Part shown: positions 24,604 to 38,900 of the stretch, one piece after another
Layout: every line of letters begins with the position of its first letter
How positions within the stretch are numbered: the first letter of the stretch is position 1
Assembly: GCA_964016885.1 (NCBI GenBank)
Contig: OZ024749.1
Span: 42,284,001-42,348,000 of the forward strand
Direction of reading: 5' to 3'
Length of the DNA: 64,000 bases
Source: Eledone cirrhosa
Taxonomy: Eukaryota
Made by a program: the position numbers and the translations under genes
The notes under the pieces: generated by a model
What the model saw: the letters and a program-made list of their open reading frames with translations, nothing else
Databases searched by the model: none
Told to the model about the DNA's origin: nothing

Positions 24604-25370
24604 GAGGGCAGTAGATTGCCAGTATTGGTAGAGCATCAGACACCATGCTTTACAGCTTAGAGTTACATCCCTTTACAATCTGAGTTCTTAAAATTAATAA
24701 TATTGAGGGCAGTGGATTGCCAGTATCGGTAAAGCATCAGACACCATGCTTTGCAGCTTAGAGTTACATCCCTTTACAAATCCTGCCGAGGTTCGTTTTG
24801 CATTTCATCCTTACGGGGTCGATAAAATAAAGTACCAGTAATGCACTGGGGTCGAATGAATCGACTTTCTCCTCACCCAAAATTGCTGACCATGTGTCTA
24901 TACTAGAAACAATTATTAATAATGATTTCGAGTATAGGCACAAGGCCAGTAATTTGGGGGGCGGGGAATATCGATTAAATCGACCCCAGTATATTACTGG
25001 TACTTTATTTTATCAACCCCATAGGATGAAAGGCAAAGTTAACTTCGGCGGGATTTGAACTCGGATCGTAGAGGGCCGTAACTCTATGGCGTCTGACCCT
25101 CTACCGATACTGCCAATCCACAGCCCTGGATAATAATAGTAACAATAATAGTAATAATAATAAGGATTTCTTATTTAGGCACAATGCCAGCAATTTTAGG
25201 GGAGAGTAAAGTCCATTAAAACGACCCTAGTGCATTACTGGTATTTCATTTTATCGTCCCCGTAAGGATGAAAGGCAAAGTTAACCTCGGCAGGATTTGA
25301 ATTCAGAACGTAAAGGGCCATAACAATATGCCACAAAGCATGTTGTCTGACGCTCTACCGATAACACCAA
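24604..25370. mobile_element. S2 SINE cluster: duplicated head, one + copy (24705-24914), two - copies (24924-25126, 25165-25370)
   Basis: Each copy carries the TTTCATCCT..GGGGTCGATAAAATAAAGTACCAG body or its complement. Confidence 0.9.
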
Positions 25371-25814
25371 TAATAATAATAATAATAATAATTTCGTTAT
25401 TGGCCACAAGGGCAGACATATAGGAGACAATACAAAAACAGAGATGGTGGGGGTTTACAGAAAAAAAAAAAGAGTAAAAAGAATTAACAAATCACAAAAA
25501 AAAAATAAGAATTAACAAATCACAAAAAAAAAAAATAATAATCTACATGAAATAATTAAAAAATGATGCAATAAAAAAATATAATTACACACACTTATAT
25601 AATATATTTGTATGCATACATACACACACATATATACATGGATATATACATTCGTATACACATACATACATTTGTATATACATTTGTACATACATACATT
25701 ACATATATGTTTGAACAAATACAAGGAAAGCTCTCAAAGTAAATCTAAAAAAATATTCTCATATACACACACTTTACTCCAGAGTGTTGAAATATATCAC
25801 GTGTGTATAGTGCC

Positions 25815-26019
25815 AATATATATACATGCATACATATATATACATGCATACATATATATATATATATTATATATATATATATATGCATATATATATATAT
25901 GTATGCATATATATATATATATGTATGCATATATATATATATGTATGCATATATATATATATGTATGCATATATATATATATATATATGTATGCATATAT
26001 ATATATATATATATATGTA

Positions 26020-26059
<40 letters not shown>

Positions 26060-26101
26060 CATATATATATATATGCATACATATATATATATATATATAT
26101 G

Positions 26102-26151
<50 letters not shown>

Positions 26152-26313
26152 TACATATATATATATATATATATGCATACATATATATATATATATATAT
26201 GCATACATATATATATATATATGCATACATATATATATATATGCATACATATATATATATATGCATACATATATATATATATGCATACATATATATATAT
26301 ATATATATATATG

Positions 26314-26365
<52 letters not shown>

Positions 26366-26381
26366 CATATATATATATGTG

Positions 26382-26426
<45 letters not shown>

Positions 26427-26472
26427 ACATACATATATATATATATATATACGTATATATACATACATACAT
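25815..26472. repeat. (TA)n with GCATAC/GTATGC interruptions
   Basis: Direct reading; the interruption changes orientation near 26070. Confidence 0.95.
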
Positions 26473-27104
26473 AAAATTTTATGGTGTTTTCCATCATCAA
26501 GTTTCATACTGCCCTTACACTGGTTGCTGAAAGATGTGGTTTTTGTGTAAAGTGTGAAAAAATACTCAGTATTTGATGCTTGTTAAATAACTTAACATGG
26601 AAATTTCCTTCACACGTTTTTTTTCTTCTAAATGTTATACAAATTTTTGTCAGTTTTTTTAAAAATATATATATAAAATGAACTCTACCGGTTAATATCA
26701 TCATCTTGAAAAACTTTAAAATCTGTTAATAAAAATTATTTTGTTAGCATAGATGATAAATGTATATGTAGGCGCCACGGAAAAAAGCACCCACCACTCA
26801 CTGTAAATGAGGTTGGTGTTAGGAAGGGCATCCAGCTGTAGAAATCAAGCCAAAATCAGTTCCTGTATGAGCAAGGCATGTTCAGCCGACCAGACACTGC
26901 CCACAACAGGACATGCTAGCATGGAAGAACAGACGTAAAACGGTGATGATGATGATATATATGTGTGTGTATATATATATATATTTAAAATAGGGGGTGC
27001 ACAGGATAAAGAGGATGGAAAAAAACAACGGAAAGACAGACAGTCCTAACTCCTCAGTCAACCTCTGGAAATCATTGCAGTTTTGGTCCATTAAAGTCGA
27101 TACC

Positions 27105-27428
27105 ATTCATTTCAGTGCACATTGGGTATAGAGAGACGTAAAACCCCGACCAAGTATAAGAGGAAACAAATGTAATGTGCTGGTGGGACTATGACCATGT
27201 GATGCACATAGGACGATCGTTGGGTGAAGAAGTGGGCTGTAGCTCCCAGTGGAAGGAAGCTGCTGTAGAGGATGGCCAAGGAAAACCTGGGCAGAAGTGG
27301 TGAGAGTGAATCTCCAAATGCTGAATCTCAAAGATGAGATGACAATGTGTGGGATGATGCTGTGCTGGAAAAGACCTGTCCAACCCATACAAGTATGGAA
27401 AAACAAACATAAATATGATGATGATGAT
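27105..27428 (+). mobile_element. Decayed RTE LINE 3' fragment
   Basis: Encodes EGSCCRGWPRKTWAEVVR; (TGA)n tail. Confidence 0.8.
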
Positions 27429-27723
27429 GGAGACTCAGATTCAATGCTTAAATGTATGAGGTTTTAGAAGAGTATTGAGTTTTGTGAAGGTATATGGCTT
27501 AGTGGGTAGTGAATTGGATTTTCAATGAAGAGGTTGAAAGTTTGATTCCTGGACCGGGCAATGCATTGCGTCCTTGAGCAAGGCACTTTATTTCACATTG
27601 GTCTTTCTGCCAGGAGTTATGACCTGTAGATAGAATCAGTAACGGAAAGACCAATGGAAACATTGGTAAGCGAGTGAGATCTGGGATCTTGTTGATTGTT
27701 AAAGTAAAAAAACAATTGTTTAA

Positions 27724-27934
27724 TCCTTTAGCATTTAAACCAGCCATATCCAGCCAGAATTCTCTCACCTCTTTCTGTTCAAACTGGCTGCTCATTCTGA
27801 TGTTACGGTATTTTTCTCAAAATAAATAATATTAAAATCTCATTTATTCAATATTATATGAGATATTATGTAAGATAAAGCTTTTACCATGAAAATACAA
27901 TAGTAAATATTAGAGTAATGTAAATGTAAAAGGG
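27724..27934 (+). mobile_element. piggyBac-type MITE (P1)
   Basis: TTAA flanks; collinear with 6298-6502. Confidence 0.85.
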
Positions 27935-28409
27935 TTAATCTGTTTCCATTGTACTCCAGAGAGTACAACAAAGAGAAATAAAAACAGCAACCTCTGAATT
28001 TGAGAGTAAAAAAACACAGAAGAACACAGAACTAGAAACACGGAAATATGGAACATTCTTCCTATAGTTTTCAAAATTAGAAAACAAAGATCGCAGTCGG
28101 TGTTATTGTGTAACTTTACCTTGTCAAAAACACAAAGAGACGAAATGACCTGAACTGTATTGTCTGTTAATGACCGGGTCACCAGTAAAAAAACTGTCTG
28201 TAAACGAAAATTTTGGCAAACCCCTCCTTTAGGCTATGGCTGTTTGGCAAGGGTGCAAAATTGGAAGATATTGTGTCTCTCTCTCTCTCTCCTTTTCAAA
28301 ATAACCATATTTGGTGAAAGAAAGAAATAGACGTTATTTGATAGATGAATTGTTACTTTTTTTATTTCAAATGATATAAAAGTTTGTTAAGCTGGGGGCA
28401 TAACAGTAC

Positions 28410-28460
<51 letters not shown>

Positions 28461-28510
28461 TACTCACACACACACACATACATATATTTATATATACACA
28501 CATATATACT

Positions 28511-28550
<40 letters not shown>

Positions 28551-28621
28551 CACACACATATATACTCACACACACACACACACACATACATATATAAATA
28601 TACATATACACATATATACTC

Positions 28622-28672
<51 letters not shown>

Positions 28673-28677
28673 TACTC

Positions 28678-28834
<157 letters not shown>

Positions 28835-28839
28835 TACTC

Positions 28840-28870
<31 letters not shown>

Positions 28871-28977
28871 CACACATATATACTCACACATACATACATA
28901 TATATATATATGTATGTATGTCATTTCTATAATACGAAGAGGGTGTTTAACTCCAACACGCTCCAGTATTTTAACCT

Positions 28978-29012
<35 letters not shown>

Positions 29013-29069
29013 TACTCACACACACACACACATACATATAATATATATATATATGCACACATATATACT

Positions 29070-29103
<34 letters not shown>

Positions 29104-29250
29104 CACACACACATGTATAAATGTAAATATATGTATATATATATATATATATATTTGACTATTACAATGCAATAGAAATATATAAAGGACAACAGATGCC
29201 AGATAAAACAAAACAAAGAATGTTTTACCCAGTATATTTCAACATGATTT

Positions 29251-29440
29251 GGGGGTCAGCTGAAAAGTTCAGAGGCTGACTATGAAAGAGTAGGTAATGT
29301 TAGAGCTGTGAAATATTGCATGCATTCATTTCAACTCTTCCTATTAATAACTGCATTGTTTCTTTCCAGGTATTATGTTGAAAAATAAACCCCATTTGGT
29401 CATTTCATGAGAGTATCTTGATCAGCCTATGAACCTTCGA
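29251..29440 (-). mobile_element. mariner-type MITE (family M2)
   Basis: Reverse-complement homolog of 52805-53002. Confidence 0.75.
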
Positions 29441-29508
29441 GACACACACACACACACACATATATATATATTTATATATATCGATAAATAGATAGATAGA
29501 TAGATATA

Positions 29509-29718
29509 GTGCCAAGAAATCCCGGTGGGAGGAGGACGCAGTAAAGGAAGACCACAAAAAACATGGGCAGAGGTGGTGAGAGCTGACCTCAGATCACAGA
29601 GGAGATGACGAGGCTCCATGACGAATGGAGAGATGCTGTGCTGAAGAGAACCCATTCCACCCTTGCAAGCAAGGAAAAGCGGACATAAAATGATGATGAT
29701 GATGATGATGATGATGAT
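29509..29718 (+). mobile_element. RTE LINE 3' fragment
   Basis: AGACCACAAAAAACATGGGCAGAGGTGGTGAG...CCACCCTTGCAAGCA...(TGA)n. Confidence 0.85.
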
Positions 29719-30098
29719 ATATATATATATATGCCATAGATATTACAACCACCTTAGTGTTAGAATCTACATGATAAACAAACCCTGTACCCTACGTAAA
29801 GTGATTGGTGATGATAGGAAGGGCATCCAAACACAAAAAAAGCCCCTACCGAACAAAGGGTCAAGAAGACTCAACTGTGTTAAAGACATAACGACTTCTT
29901 CAGTCTTGGTTCCACAATGAAGTGCAATCAGCAGAGCATGGTATCATATGTCAAGCCCCCCCCCCCCTCTCTCGCATACCTAGAGGCTAGAGATTCTGCT
30001 TGAGTACTGATCAGTCTGTGATAAGATGTCCAAACCTTGCTAGCAGAGAAATCAGATGTTAAATGATGATGATGATGGTATATTATAAATATATATAT

Positions 30099-30392
30099 AA
30101 CAAATTTAATATAGAAATGGCTTCTACAGGACTAGAACTGTTTCATTTGAAGGAAATCATCAGGAAGGCCTGATCATTTCCTTTGAATGAAACAGTTCTA
30201 GTCCTGTAGGAGCCATTTATATATTAAATTTGTTGTACACACACTACTAATGTATTGAGTACCTTACTGATGATTTCCTTTGAATGAAACAGTTCTAGTC
30301 CTGTAGGAGCCATTTCTATACTAAATTTGTTGTATACACTTTACTAATGTATTGAGTACCTTACTGTAGTTACCTCTGATTGAACCCGAGGC
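30099..30392. mobile_element. Inverted + tandem triplet of family B pLTR-like units, each with a hammerhead-like core
   Basis: 30099-30164 is inverted against 30169-30234, followed by a direct repeat from 30267; core CTGAT(G/C)A-TTTCCTTTGAAT-GAAA-CAGTTC. Confidence 0.7.
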
Positions 30393-32100
30393 TCACACAC
30401 ACACACATATATATATATACACACACATATATATATGTATATATACACACACACATACATATATATATAAATGCACACCATCATTGCTACCACCACCACC
30501 ACCACCAATTATCAAATTATTCCATTAATCAGAGATGTAGGATTATCTATATTAGGTTTGTGTGTTGATGTCTCGTTAATCTAAATTAATCAGAATGTCG
30601 GACAGCATATCAGACAGTTTGTTGCATTAACGAGGTGTTTAATGAGGAATTAGTTGGTTACCTCCCCCTACCAATACCACAACTGACCAGCCGAGACACC
30701 GGTATGTTCTGCTTTATCATGGGGAAGGGAGGAGGGGGGGCTCTATACATAGATATATAAACATGGTTGACATGGGGTTAAACATCAACATTATCACCAT
30801 CATCATCACTAACACCATCAACATCACTCACCATCACCAACATCATAACCACTATCATCACCACCACCAACATTATTATCATCACCATCATCACCACTAT
30901 CATTACCAACAACATCATCATTACCATCACCGACACCACTAACGCTACCGACCATCACCATCATCAACACCATCACTAACACTAACACCATCACCATTAA
31001 CATCAACATCATCACCATCATTATCACCATCACCAACACTAACACCACTATTATCACCACTAAAACTATCACTATCACCATCATCATCACAATCACAACT
31101 GACACTACCACCAACATTAACACCACCACCACCACCATCTCTGCCGACACCAGCACCAACATCAACACCATCACCACCACCACCATCACCACCACCGACA
31201 CACCACCATCATCATCATAATCACAACTGACACTACCATCAACATTAACACCACCACCACCACCACCACCGACACCAGCACCACCATCAACACCACCACC
31301 ACCGACACCAGCACCACCATCAACACCATCAACACCACCAACACCACCACCACCACCATCAACACCGACACCACCACCACCATCAAGACCATCACCATCA
31401 CCACCGACACCAACACCACCATCAACACCATCACCACCACCGACACCACCATCACCATCACCACCATCAACACCATCAACACCACCACCACCGACACCAC
31501 CGACACCACCATCACCACCACCACACATGTAACATGTGTTTACAATTTGCCATAAGTTGTAAACACCCCCAAAAAAACAAATGGGGTCAGAAGCAGTTTG
31601 GCAGAGTGAAGATGGGGGTGAGGAGTAAGCAACAGGTGAGTGAAGGTGTGGAGGTGGGGCGTTGTCATATATATAAGCACAACACACCTCCATTACCACC
31701 CACGCCACCACTCCTCCCCCCCCCCCCCTCCTCCTTCCCCATTGTTGATGATCCAAGAATATCTAAAAGTGTTTGTTGAACCAGTTAGAGAACTTGTAGA
31801 GTCAAACCCTCACTTTTCAAGGACACCGGTGTGTTTACAATTAAATTTACTACACCACTACCACCCCCTCCACCATCACCCCCATCACTACCATCTCCTC
31901 CACCATCACCACCATCACTATCACCACCACTACCATCTCCTCCACCATCACCACTATCATCACCACTAGCATCTCTCCCACCATCACTATCATCACCACC
32001 ACCATCACAACCACTAACATCTTCACCACCATCACCAACACTACTAGCACCATCACTACCATCACCACCACTAACATCACTACCACCCTCACCACAACCA

Positions 32101-32585
32101 CTACCGAACTACCATCACCACCACTATCAATATCACCACTACCATCACCACCATCATTATCACTACTACTGCCACCACCACCACCATCACTACCATCACC
32201 ACCACCCTCACCACAACCACTACCGAACTACCATCACCACCACTATCAACATCACCACTACCATCACCACCATCATTATCACTACTACTGCCACCACCAC
32301 CACCACCATCACTACCATCACCACCACCCTCACCACAACCACTACCGAACTACCATCACCACCACTATCAACATCACCACTACCATCACCACCATCATTA
32401 TCACTACTACTGCCACCACCACCACCACCATCACTACCATCACCACCACCCTCACCACAACCACTACCGAACTACCATCACCACCACTATCAACATCACC
32501 ACTACCATCACCACCATCATCATCACTACTACTGCCACCACCACCACCATCACTACCACCGTCACAACAACCACTACCAAACTAC
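32101..32585. repeat. Higher-order ~120-bp repeat (x4) in (ACC/ATC)n tract
   Basis: Marker CTACCGAACTACC recurs at ~32101, 32220, 32342, 32463. Confidence 0.85.
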
Positions 32586-33440
32586 CACAACCAACATCAC
32601 CACCACTACCACTACCAACATCAACAACGACACCACCATCACCACCGCCATTACCACCACCACCACCACCATCATCATCATCATCTGTTGTAACCCTGAT
32701 CTTCACATCAAGGACACATTGTGTTTACAACAACTTTGCTCTTTGATTCCATTATTGTTTTCAAAGATTTCTGAAATTATAAAATGTTTGTTTGTTTGTT
32801 TTTATATTAGCTGACTCCCCCTCTCCTCTTACCTTCCCTCCTGCTCTCTCTCTCTTTCTCTCTCATCTCCTACCTTTCCTCTCTCATCATTACTTCTGCC
32901 TACCACCTCCTCCTACCTTCCCCTTCTTATTCATGGTCTCCTACTTTAGTCCTCTCATTCCCTTCTCTCTCTCTCGTTATAACCTCTTACTTTTGCTCTC
33001 ATCATCTCTACTCACTACCCCCCCTCTCTTATAATCCCTTTACCCATCATTACCTCCCATACACTCTCACCATATCTTCATACAACCACCAAATCTGCTT
33101 CAAACCAACCAACACACCAACCGACCAACCAGCCAGCAAACCAACCAGCAAACCAGCCAACCAACTAGCCAACCAGCCAACCAACTAGCCAACCAGCCAA
33201 CCAACCAACCAACTAGCCAGCCAACCAACCAACTAACCAGCAAACCAGTCAACCAACCACCTAACCAACCAACCAGCAAACCAGTCAACCATCTAGCCAG
33301 CCAACCTACCAACCAATCAACCAACCAGCCTACCAGTCAACCAATCAGCCAACCAACCAGCCAGCCAGCCAGAAAGAAAAAAGAAAGAAGGAAAGAAAGA
33401 AAGAAGGAAAGAAGGAAAGAAAGAAAAAAGGAAAGAAGGA

Positions 33441-33500
<60 letters not shown>

Positions 33501-34275
33501 AAAACAGACAGACAGACAGCACTCTCTTCTATTTTTTATCAATTGGTGTTGAGGGTTGTATTGGATCTGTGTGGTTCTGAAATAATCCCACTCCCCCTTC
33601 CTTGATGGTGCTCCCCCCTCTTATGTTGGGGATTTCCTTTGTTACAAATTTTCCTTATTTCTTTGTTACCTGTTATCCTTTTTTTACGGGGTCGATGGGT
33701 TGATAAAATAAAGTACCAGTAATGCACTGAGGTAGATTTAATTGACTTTCTGCTCCCCCAGAATTGTTGGCCTTAAGCCTAAAGTTGAAACCATTATTAT
33801 TATCATCATATTTTGTCAAAGAAATCAGAATATTGATTTGTATTTTGATTTTTTGGTGGTGGTGGTGGTGGTGGTGGTAGTAATGGTGTGGTGGTTGTGG
33901 TAGTAATGGTGGTGGTGGGGAAGAAGGATTTCATCCCAAATATTCTTTTGATCTTCTAAAGTGGAAAAAAAAAAGAAAATTAAAAATACATCTGTAAAAT
34001 ATAAATATATATTATTATTTTTTTCTCCTCTCTCCTTAAATGTTAACTGGCTTACACTGTCATCTCCATAAGATATTTTTTTTATTACTACAGTGCTACA
34101 ACATATTTTTCATCTCTTTTCTTTTCTTTCTCCCTTGTTTTCAATTCATGGATATAAACTATTGACACCTCTCACTTGCAGCAATTCTTTCCTCACATTT
34201 TCACATTTAACCCTTTTGTGACCATATTTCTAATGAAATACACTATTTGTCAATTAATTAATTTCAAGGATTTAC

Positions 34276-34308
<33 letters not shown>

Positions 34309-34320
34309 TATTTCAAAATC

Positions 34321-34555
34321 AACTGACAAGAGACCCAGGGGTAGAGTGTCTCAAGAAAAAATAGCTGGACAGATTTTACAGGTAAAACCTCGAGCAAGAT
34401 GGTTGGATAACATCCATGAGCTTGGCTCCTCGTGCTTGGGGATCCAGCCGGATCAGTTGGAGATGGTTGCTTCTGACAGGAACCCACTGGAAGGAGTGCT
34501 TGAGGACTCAGCTCCCATGACTCTCTCAGGAATAAGCGGGCAAAGAAGAAGAATA
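34321..34555 (+). mobile_element. RTE-clade 3' fragment (same family as 23818-24240)
   Basis: KRPRGR...PRARWLDNIHELG...LGIQPDQLEMVASDR; (GAA)n tail. Confidence 0.7.
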
Positions 34556-35444
34556 TTGTAATTTAACATAGTAACAAATGTTTCTTATATAAAATTATGT
34601 TGAAACGTTTCAATTTAAATGTATGTATGTAATGGACCCATAACTCCTGAGGGAGTCTTAGGGATACCATATTGACATATGGCATTTCTAGGTCATTTTA
34701 AAACCTGGCGGAGCCTATCTCCAGGTCTGAGTACAGCAGATTTCTTCCTGAGAAGGAGAGTGAGAGAAAGGAAACGAGAAAGAGATACTGAGGAAGAATC
34801 AACCACAGTATTTGACTGGTACTTTTTTTATCGACCTTAAATGGATGAAAAGCAAAGTTGACTTGGCGGGATTTGAACTTAGAAAGGGCAGAGAGGGAAA
34901 ATACTGCAAAGCAGTACCAGTTATGTATTGAATACGAAAAAAGGTCTGATTAATTGATAATATTCCACCCCCTATCATCCAAAAATTTTTTTTAAATGCC
35001 CAAATCTGGCCTCAGGCCTAGACAAAAGAAGTTGTAACCTTAATTATCTATAATTTTTATATATATATATGCATATGTGTGTGTGTGTGTGTGTGTATAT
35101 ATACACATATATATATATATTTATTTAGTTATTCCTTATTTGTTTATTTTCGACATAGAATTTAGCTGAGAACTGGAATTAGTTGTTGCCATTTTCACCA
35201 TAGCTGCTAATTAGTCACCACATCCAATTAAATCTCACTAATTTCTAATTTTAGGCCACATTGACATCCCAGACAAACATTTTGTGTGTATTATTTTGAT
35301 TTAGAGGTGTTTTTCTTTATATATATATATATATATATATATCATTTCATTTTACGTCCACTTTTCCCTGCTTGCAAGGGTGGGACGGGAACTGATTCTG
35401 GCTTGATTTCTACAGCTGGATGCCCTTCCTAACACCAACCTCAT

Positions 35445-35483
<39 letters not shown>

Positions 35484-36391
35484 ATTTGTTAATTGGCAAC
35501 ATTCTGTCTAGAATATTCCAAATATTATGATAGAATACAAAACAGAAACCATATCAGACAAAATGATGACGTTTCATTTACATATTTTTATTGATTATTG
35601 ACCCGTTACATATGTTTCACAGATGATTGGCTCAAGGTCACCAATGGAAGCTATTCTATTTTGATTGCAAATGATTTGCTATTTAAATAGTAAAAGCTTA
35701 ACTGTAACACAGAATAAAATAATATATGCCTTGGCAAAAAAAGCACCGAGTCCATCATGAAATGGGTAGTGCTGGTACCACAAGAAAAAGCTCCTAGTAC
35801 ACACTGTAATCTGGTTGGCATTATATATAATAATAATGAAAATTATTGTGTACAGTGTTCAGGAGCACTATAACTCATCAAAAGTGCATGTATAGTACAT
35901 GAAAACAACTCATCAAAGGTGCATATACAGTACAAGAAAAAGCTCCCAGTAATCTGGTTGGCATTATTCTGAGTTCAAATCCCGCCGAGGTTAACTTTGC
36001 CTTTCATCCTTACGGGGGTCGATAAAATAAAGTACCAGTAATGCACTGGGGTAATTGCTGGCCTTGTGCCAAAAGTAGAAACAATTATATATAATAATAA
36101 TGAAAATTATTGTGTAGTGCTCAGGTGCAGAACAACTCATCAAAGGTGCATATATAGTACATAGAATAATGTACAAATGTCAGGAAAGTAAACAATGTAC
36201 GAGGGGGAATATCAGGTGTAGTTTTGATGAATTTCGGGAAGCATGGAAGTTTCAAAACTGCATCCATCCTTAAAAAAATGAAGCCAAAGAGAGATCTATA
36301 TGAGTTAGATGTGGTTATCTGACCTGGATAGATTCACAACATAACAACTCATCTAACTCAGGCAAACATTAAACAGTGATGAAGATGATGA

Positions 36392-36585
36392 TGGGAATCC
36401 AAATGTAGAAAATACATGTTACAATAGTTGATTGCTATAAATAATAATAGCTTTAGAAACTAGGGTAAAATACCCCTAATCGGGTCACTTTTTTCTGTCC
36501 CTTAGGGTATTTTAACTGATTTTCTAAAAGTATTATTTTTAGTGATTGACTGTTGTTACAGTTATTTTCTGCATTTGGATTCCCA
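36392..36585. repeat. ~195-bp imperfect fold-back
   Basis: TGGGAATCCAAATGTAGAAAATA / TATTTTCTGCATTTGGATTCCCA ends; pairing continues inward to AAAATACCC / GGGTATTTT. Confidence 0.8.
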
Positions 36586-36636
36586 CATTTCAAATTTCAA
36601 GTTATCCACCCTACTCAATTAACTATATGATGTATG

Positions 36637-36681
<45 letters not shown>

Positions 36682-36742
36682 CTATGATATGTGTGCATGT
36701 ATATATATATCATCATCATCATCATCATCAACGTTAACGTCC

Positions 36743-36798
<56 letters not shown>

Positions 36799-37416
36799 TG
36801 TATGATGTGTGTGCATATATATATATATATATGATGTATGTGCCTGTATATATATATATATATCATATGATATATGATATATATATATATATACATGCAC
36901 ATACATCATATACATATATATATATATATATATACGTATATACATGCACACACATCATACATCATATATATATATATATATATACACATGCATACACATC
37001 ATATATCATATATATATACACACATGCATACACATCATATATATATATATATATATATAGACAAGTTCCACAAACAACACCAATTTGGAATAAAACAACA
37101 AACCACCCACGGCATGTTGGTAATGGCTTGTGAGTTAATGTCAACATATGTAACACTCTTAATGTGTATGTATGTCTGTGTGTGCATATATAAGTATATA
37201 TGTGTGTGTATGTTTATTTATATATATATACATCGCTTTAGATTAAGCAAAATATTGTGAGGAGAATTTGATAGTAGGAAATTGTGTAGAAGCTCAATAC
37301 ACATACATAAACACACACACATATGCAAAAAGAGAGAGAGGGACACACCCATGCAGAGATAGAGAGGGTCACACACACATGTAGAGATAGAGAGGAGAGG
37401 GACTCATAAATATGTA

Positions 37417-37457
<41 letters not shown>

Positions 37458-38040
37458 GCAAGCGTGGAACATGGACGTTAAACGATGATGATGATATAAC
37501 ATATAACAAAGATTTAGTTGCCCTCACTTTACATATGTACTGAATACCTTGTTTGCTGTGGTTACCCCCCACCCAGATTCTACTCAGAATCAACACATAT
37601 ATATATATATATATGTGTGTGTATGTGTATATAAGTATGTATATATATATACATATATAGTGGTGGTGATGGTCATGGCAGTGGTGGTGTCAGTTGGAGT
37701 GTTGTTATTTTTATTGTTGTTGGTGATGATGATGGTGATTGTTGTTGAAGGTAACGAGAAAAAACAAAGAACCTCCCCACCACCACCACCACCACTATCA
37801 ACACCACCTTCTGTCACCACACCCATCACCCACACTCACCACCACCACAACATATTCTGCAGTAAAACACAGTTGATGGTTAATGTTGCTGTTTTGTGCA
37901 GAATTGCACAGTTTTTACACATTGCTGAAGACGTCTTGAAGAATTATGCCAATAACAATGGCAGAGAGAGAGAGAATGAGAGAGAATGAGAGAGAGAGAG
38001 AGAATGAGAGAGAGAGAGAATGAGAGAGAGAGAGAGAGAG

Positions 38041-38084
<44 letters not shown>

Positions 38085-38105
38085 AGAGAGAGAGAGAATG
38101 AGAGT

Positions 38106-38141
<36 letters not shown>

Positions 38142-38246
38142 GAGAGAGAGAGAGTAGTATGATATTTACTAGCAAAGAGAATAGCTTTCATAATAGCTGT
38201 GGTGACCTTAACTGTAACAACAACAGCAAAGTAACAACAGTATCAA

Positions 38247-38288
<42 letters not shown>

Positions 38289-38305
38289 AAATAATAATAA
38301 TAATA

Positions 38306-38900
38306 ATTGTTTCTACTTTTGGCACAAGGCCAGCAATTATCCCAGGGTATTACTGGTACTTTATTTTATCGACCCCCATAAGGATGAAAGGCAAAGTTAA
38401 CCTCGGCGGAATTTGAACTCAGATCATAAAGGGCCATAACTCTATGCTGCAAAGCATGGCGTCTGAGTCTCTACCGATACTGCCAATCCACAATAATAAT
38501 GATTTCTTATATAGGCACAAGGCCAGCAATTTGGTGGGAGGGGAAAGTCGATTACCAGTGCATGACTGGTACTTCATTTTATCGTCCCCATAAGGATGAA
38601 AGGCAAAGTTAACCTCGGCGGGATTTGAACTCAGACTGTAAAGGGCCATAACTTTATGCTGCAAAGCATAGTGTCCGACTCTCTACTGATACTGCCAATC
38701 CACCGGCCTTAATGGTTTTTGATATAGACACAAGGCCAGCAATTTTGGGGGGGAGGGGAAACTCGATTTAATCGACCCCAGTTCATGACTGGTACTTTAT
38801 TTTATCAACCCCGTAAGGATGAAAGATAAAGTTAACCTCAGCAGGATTTGAACTCAGATCATAAAGGGCCGTAATTCTATGCCACAAAGCATGGTGTCCA
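38306..38900 (-). mobile_element. Three head-to-tail S2 SINE copies
   Basis: Three successive CACAAGGCCAGCAATT...GGATTTGAACTCAGA...AAAGCAT units. Confidence 0.9.

Noticed and set aside
25612-26550. Long Ile/Tyr ORFs (also 28.4-29.2, 36.6-37.2, 40.9-42.4 and 57.2-57.8 kb)
   Set aside because: (TA)n/(CA)n microsatellites lack stop codons by composition.
31759-31829. Possible exon encoding YLKVFVEPVRELVESNPHFSRTP
   Set aside because: Weak AAG acceptor, and its 3' part is echoed at ~32692-32730 in non-coding context.
30824-32814. Gly/Asp-rich and Pro/His/Thr-rich ORFs
   Set aside because: Products of (ACC/ATC)n low-complexity tracts.
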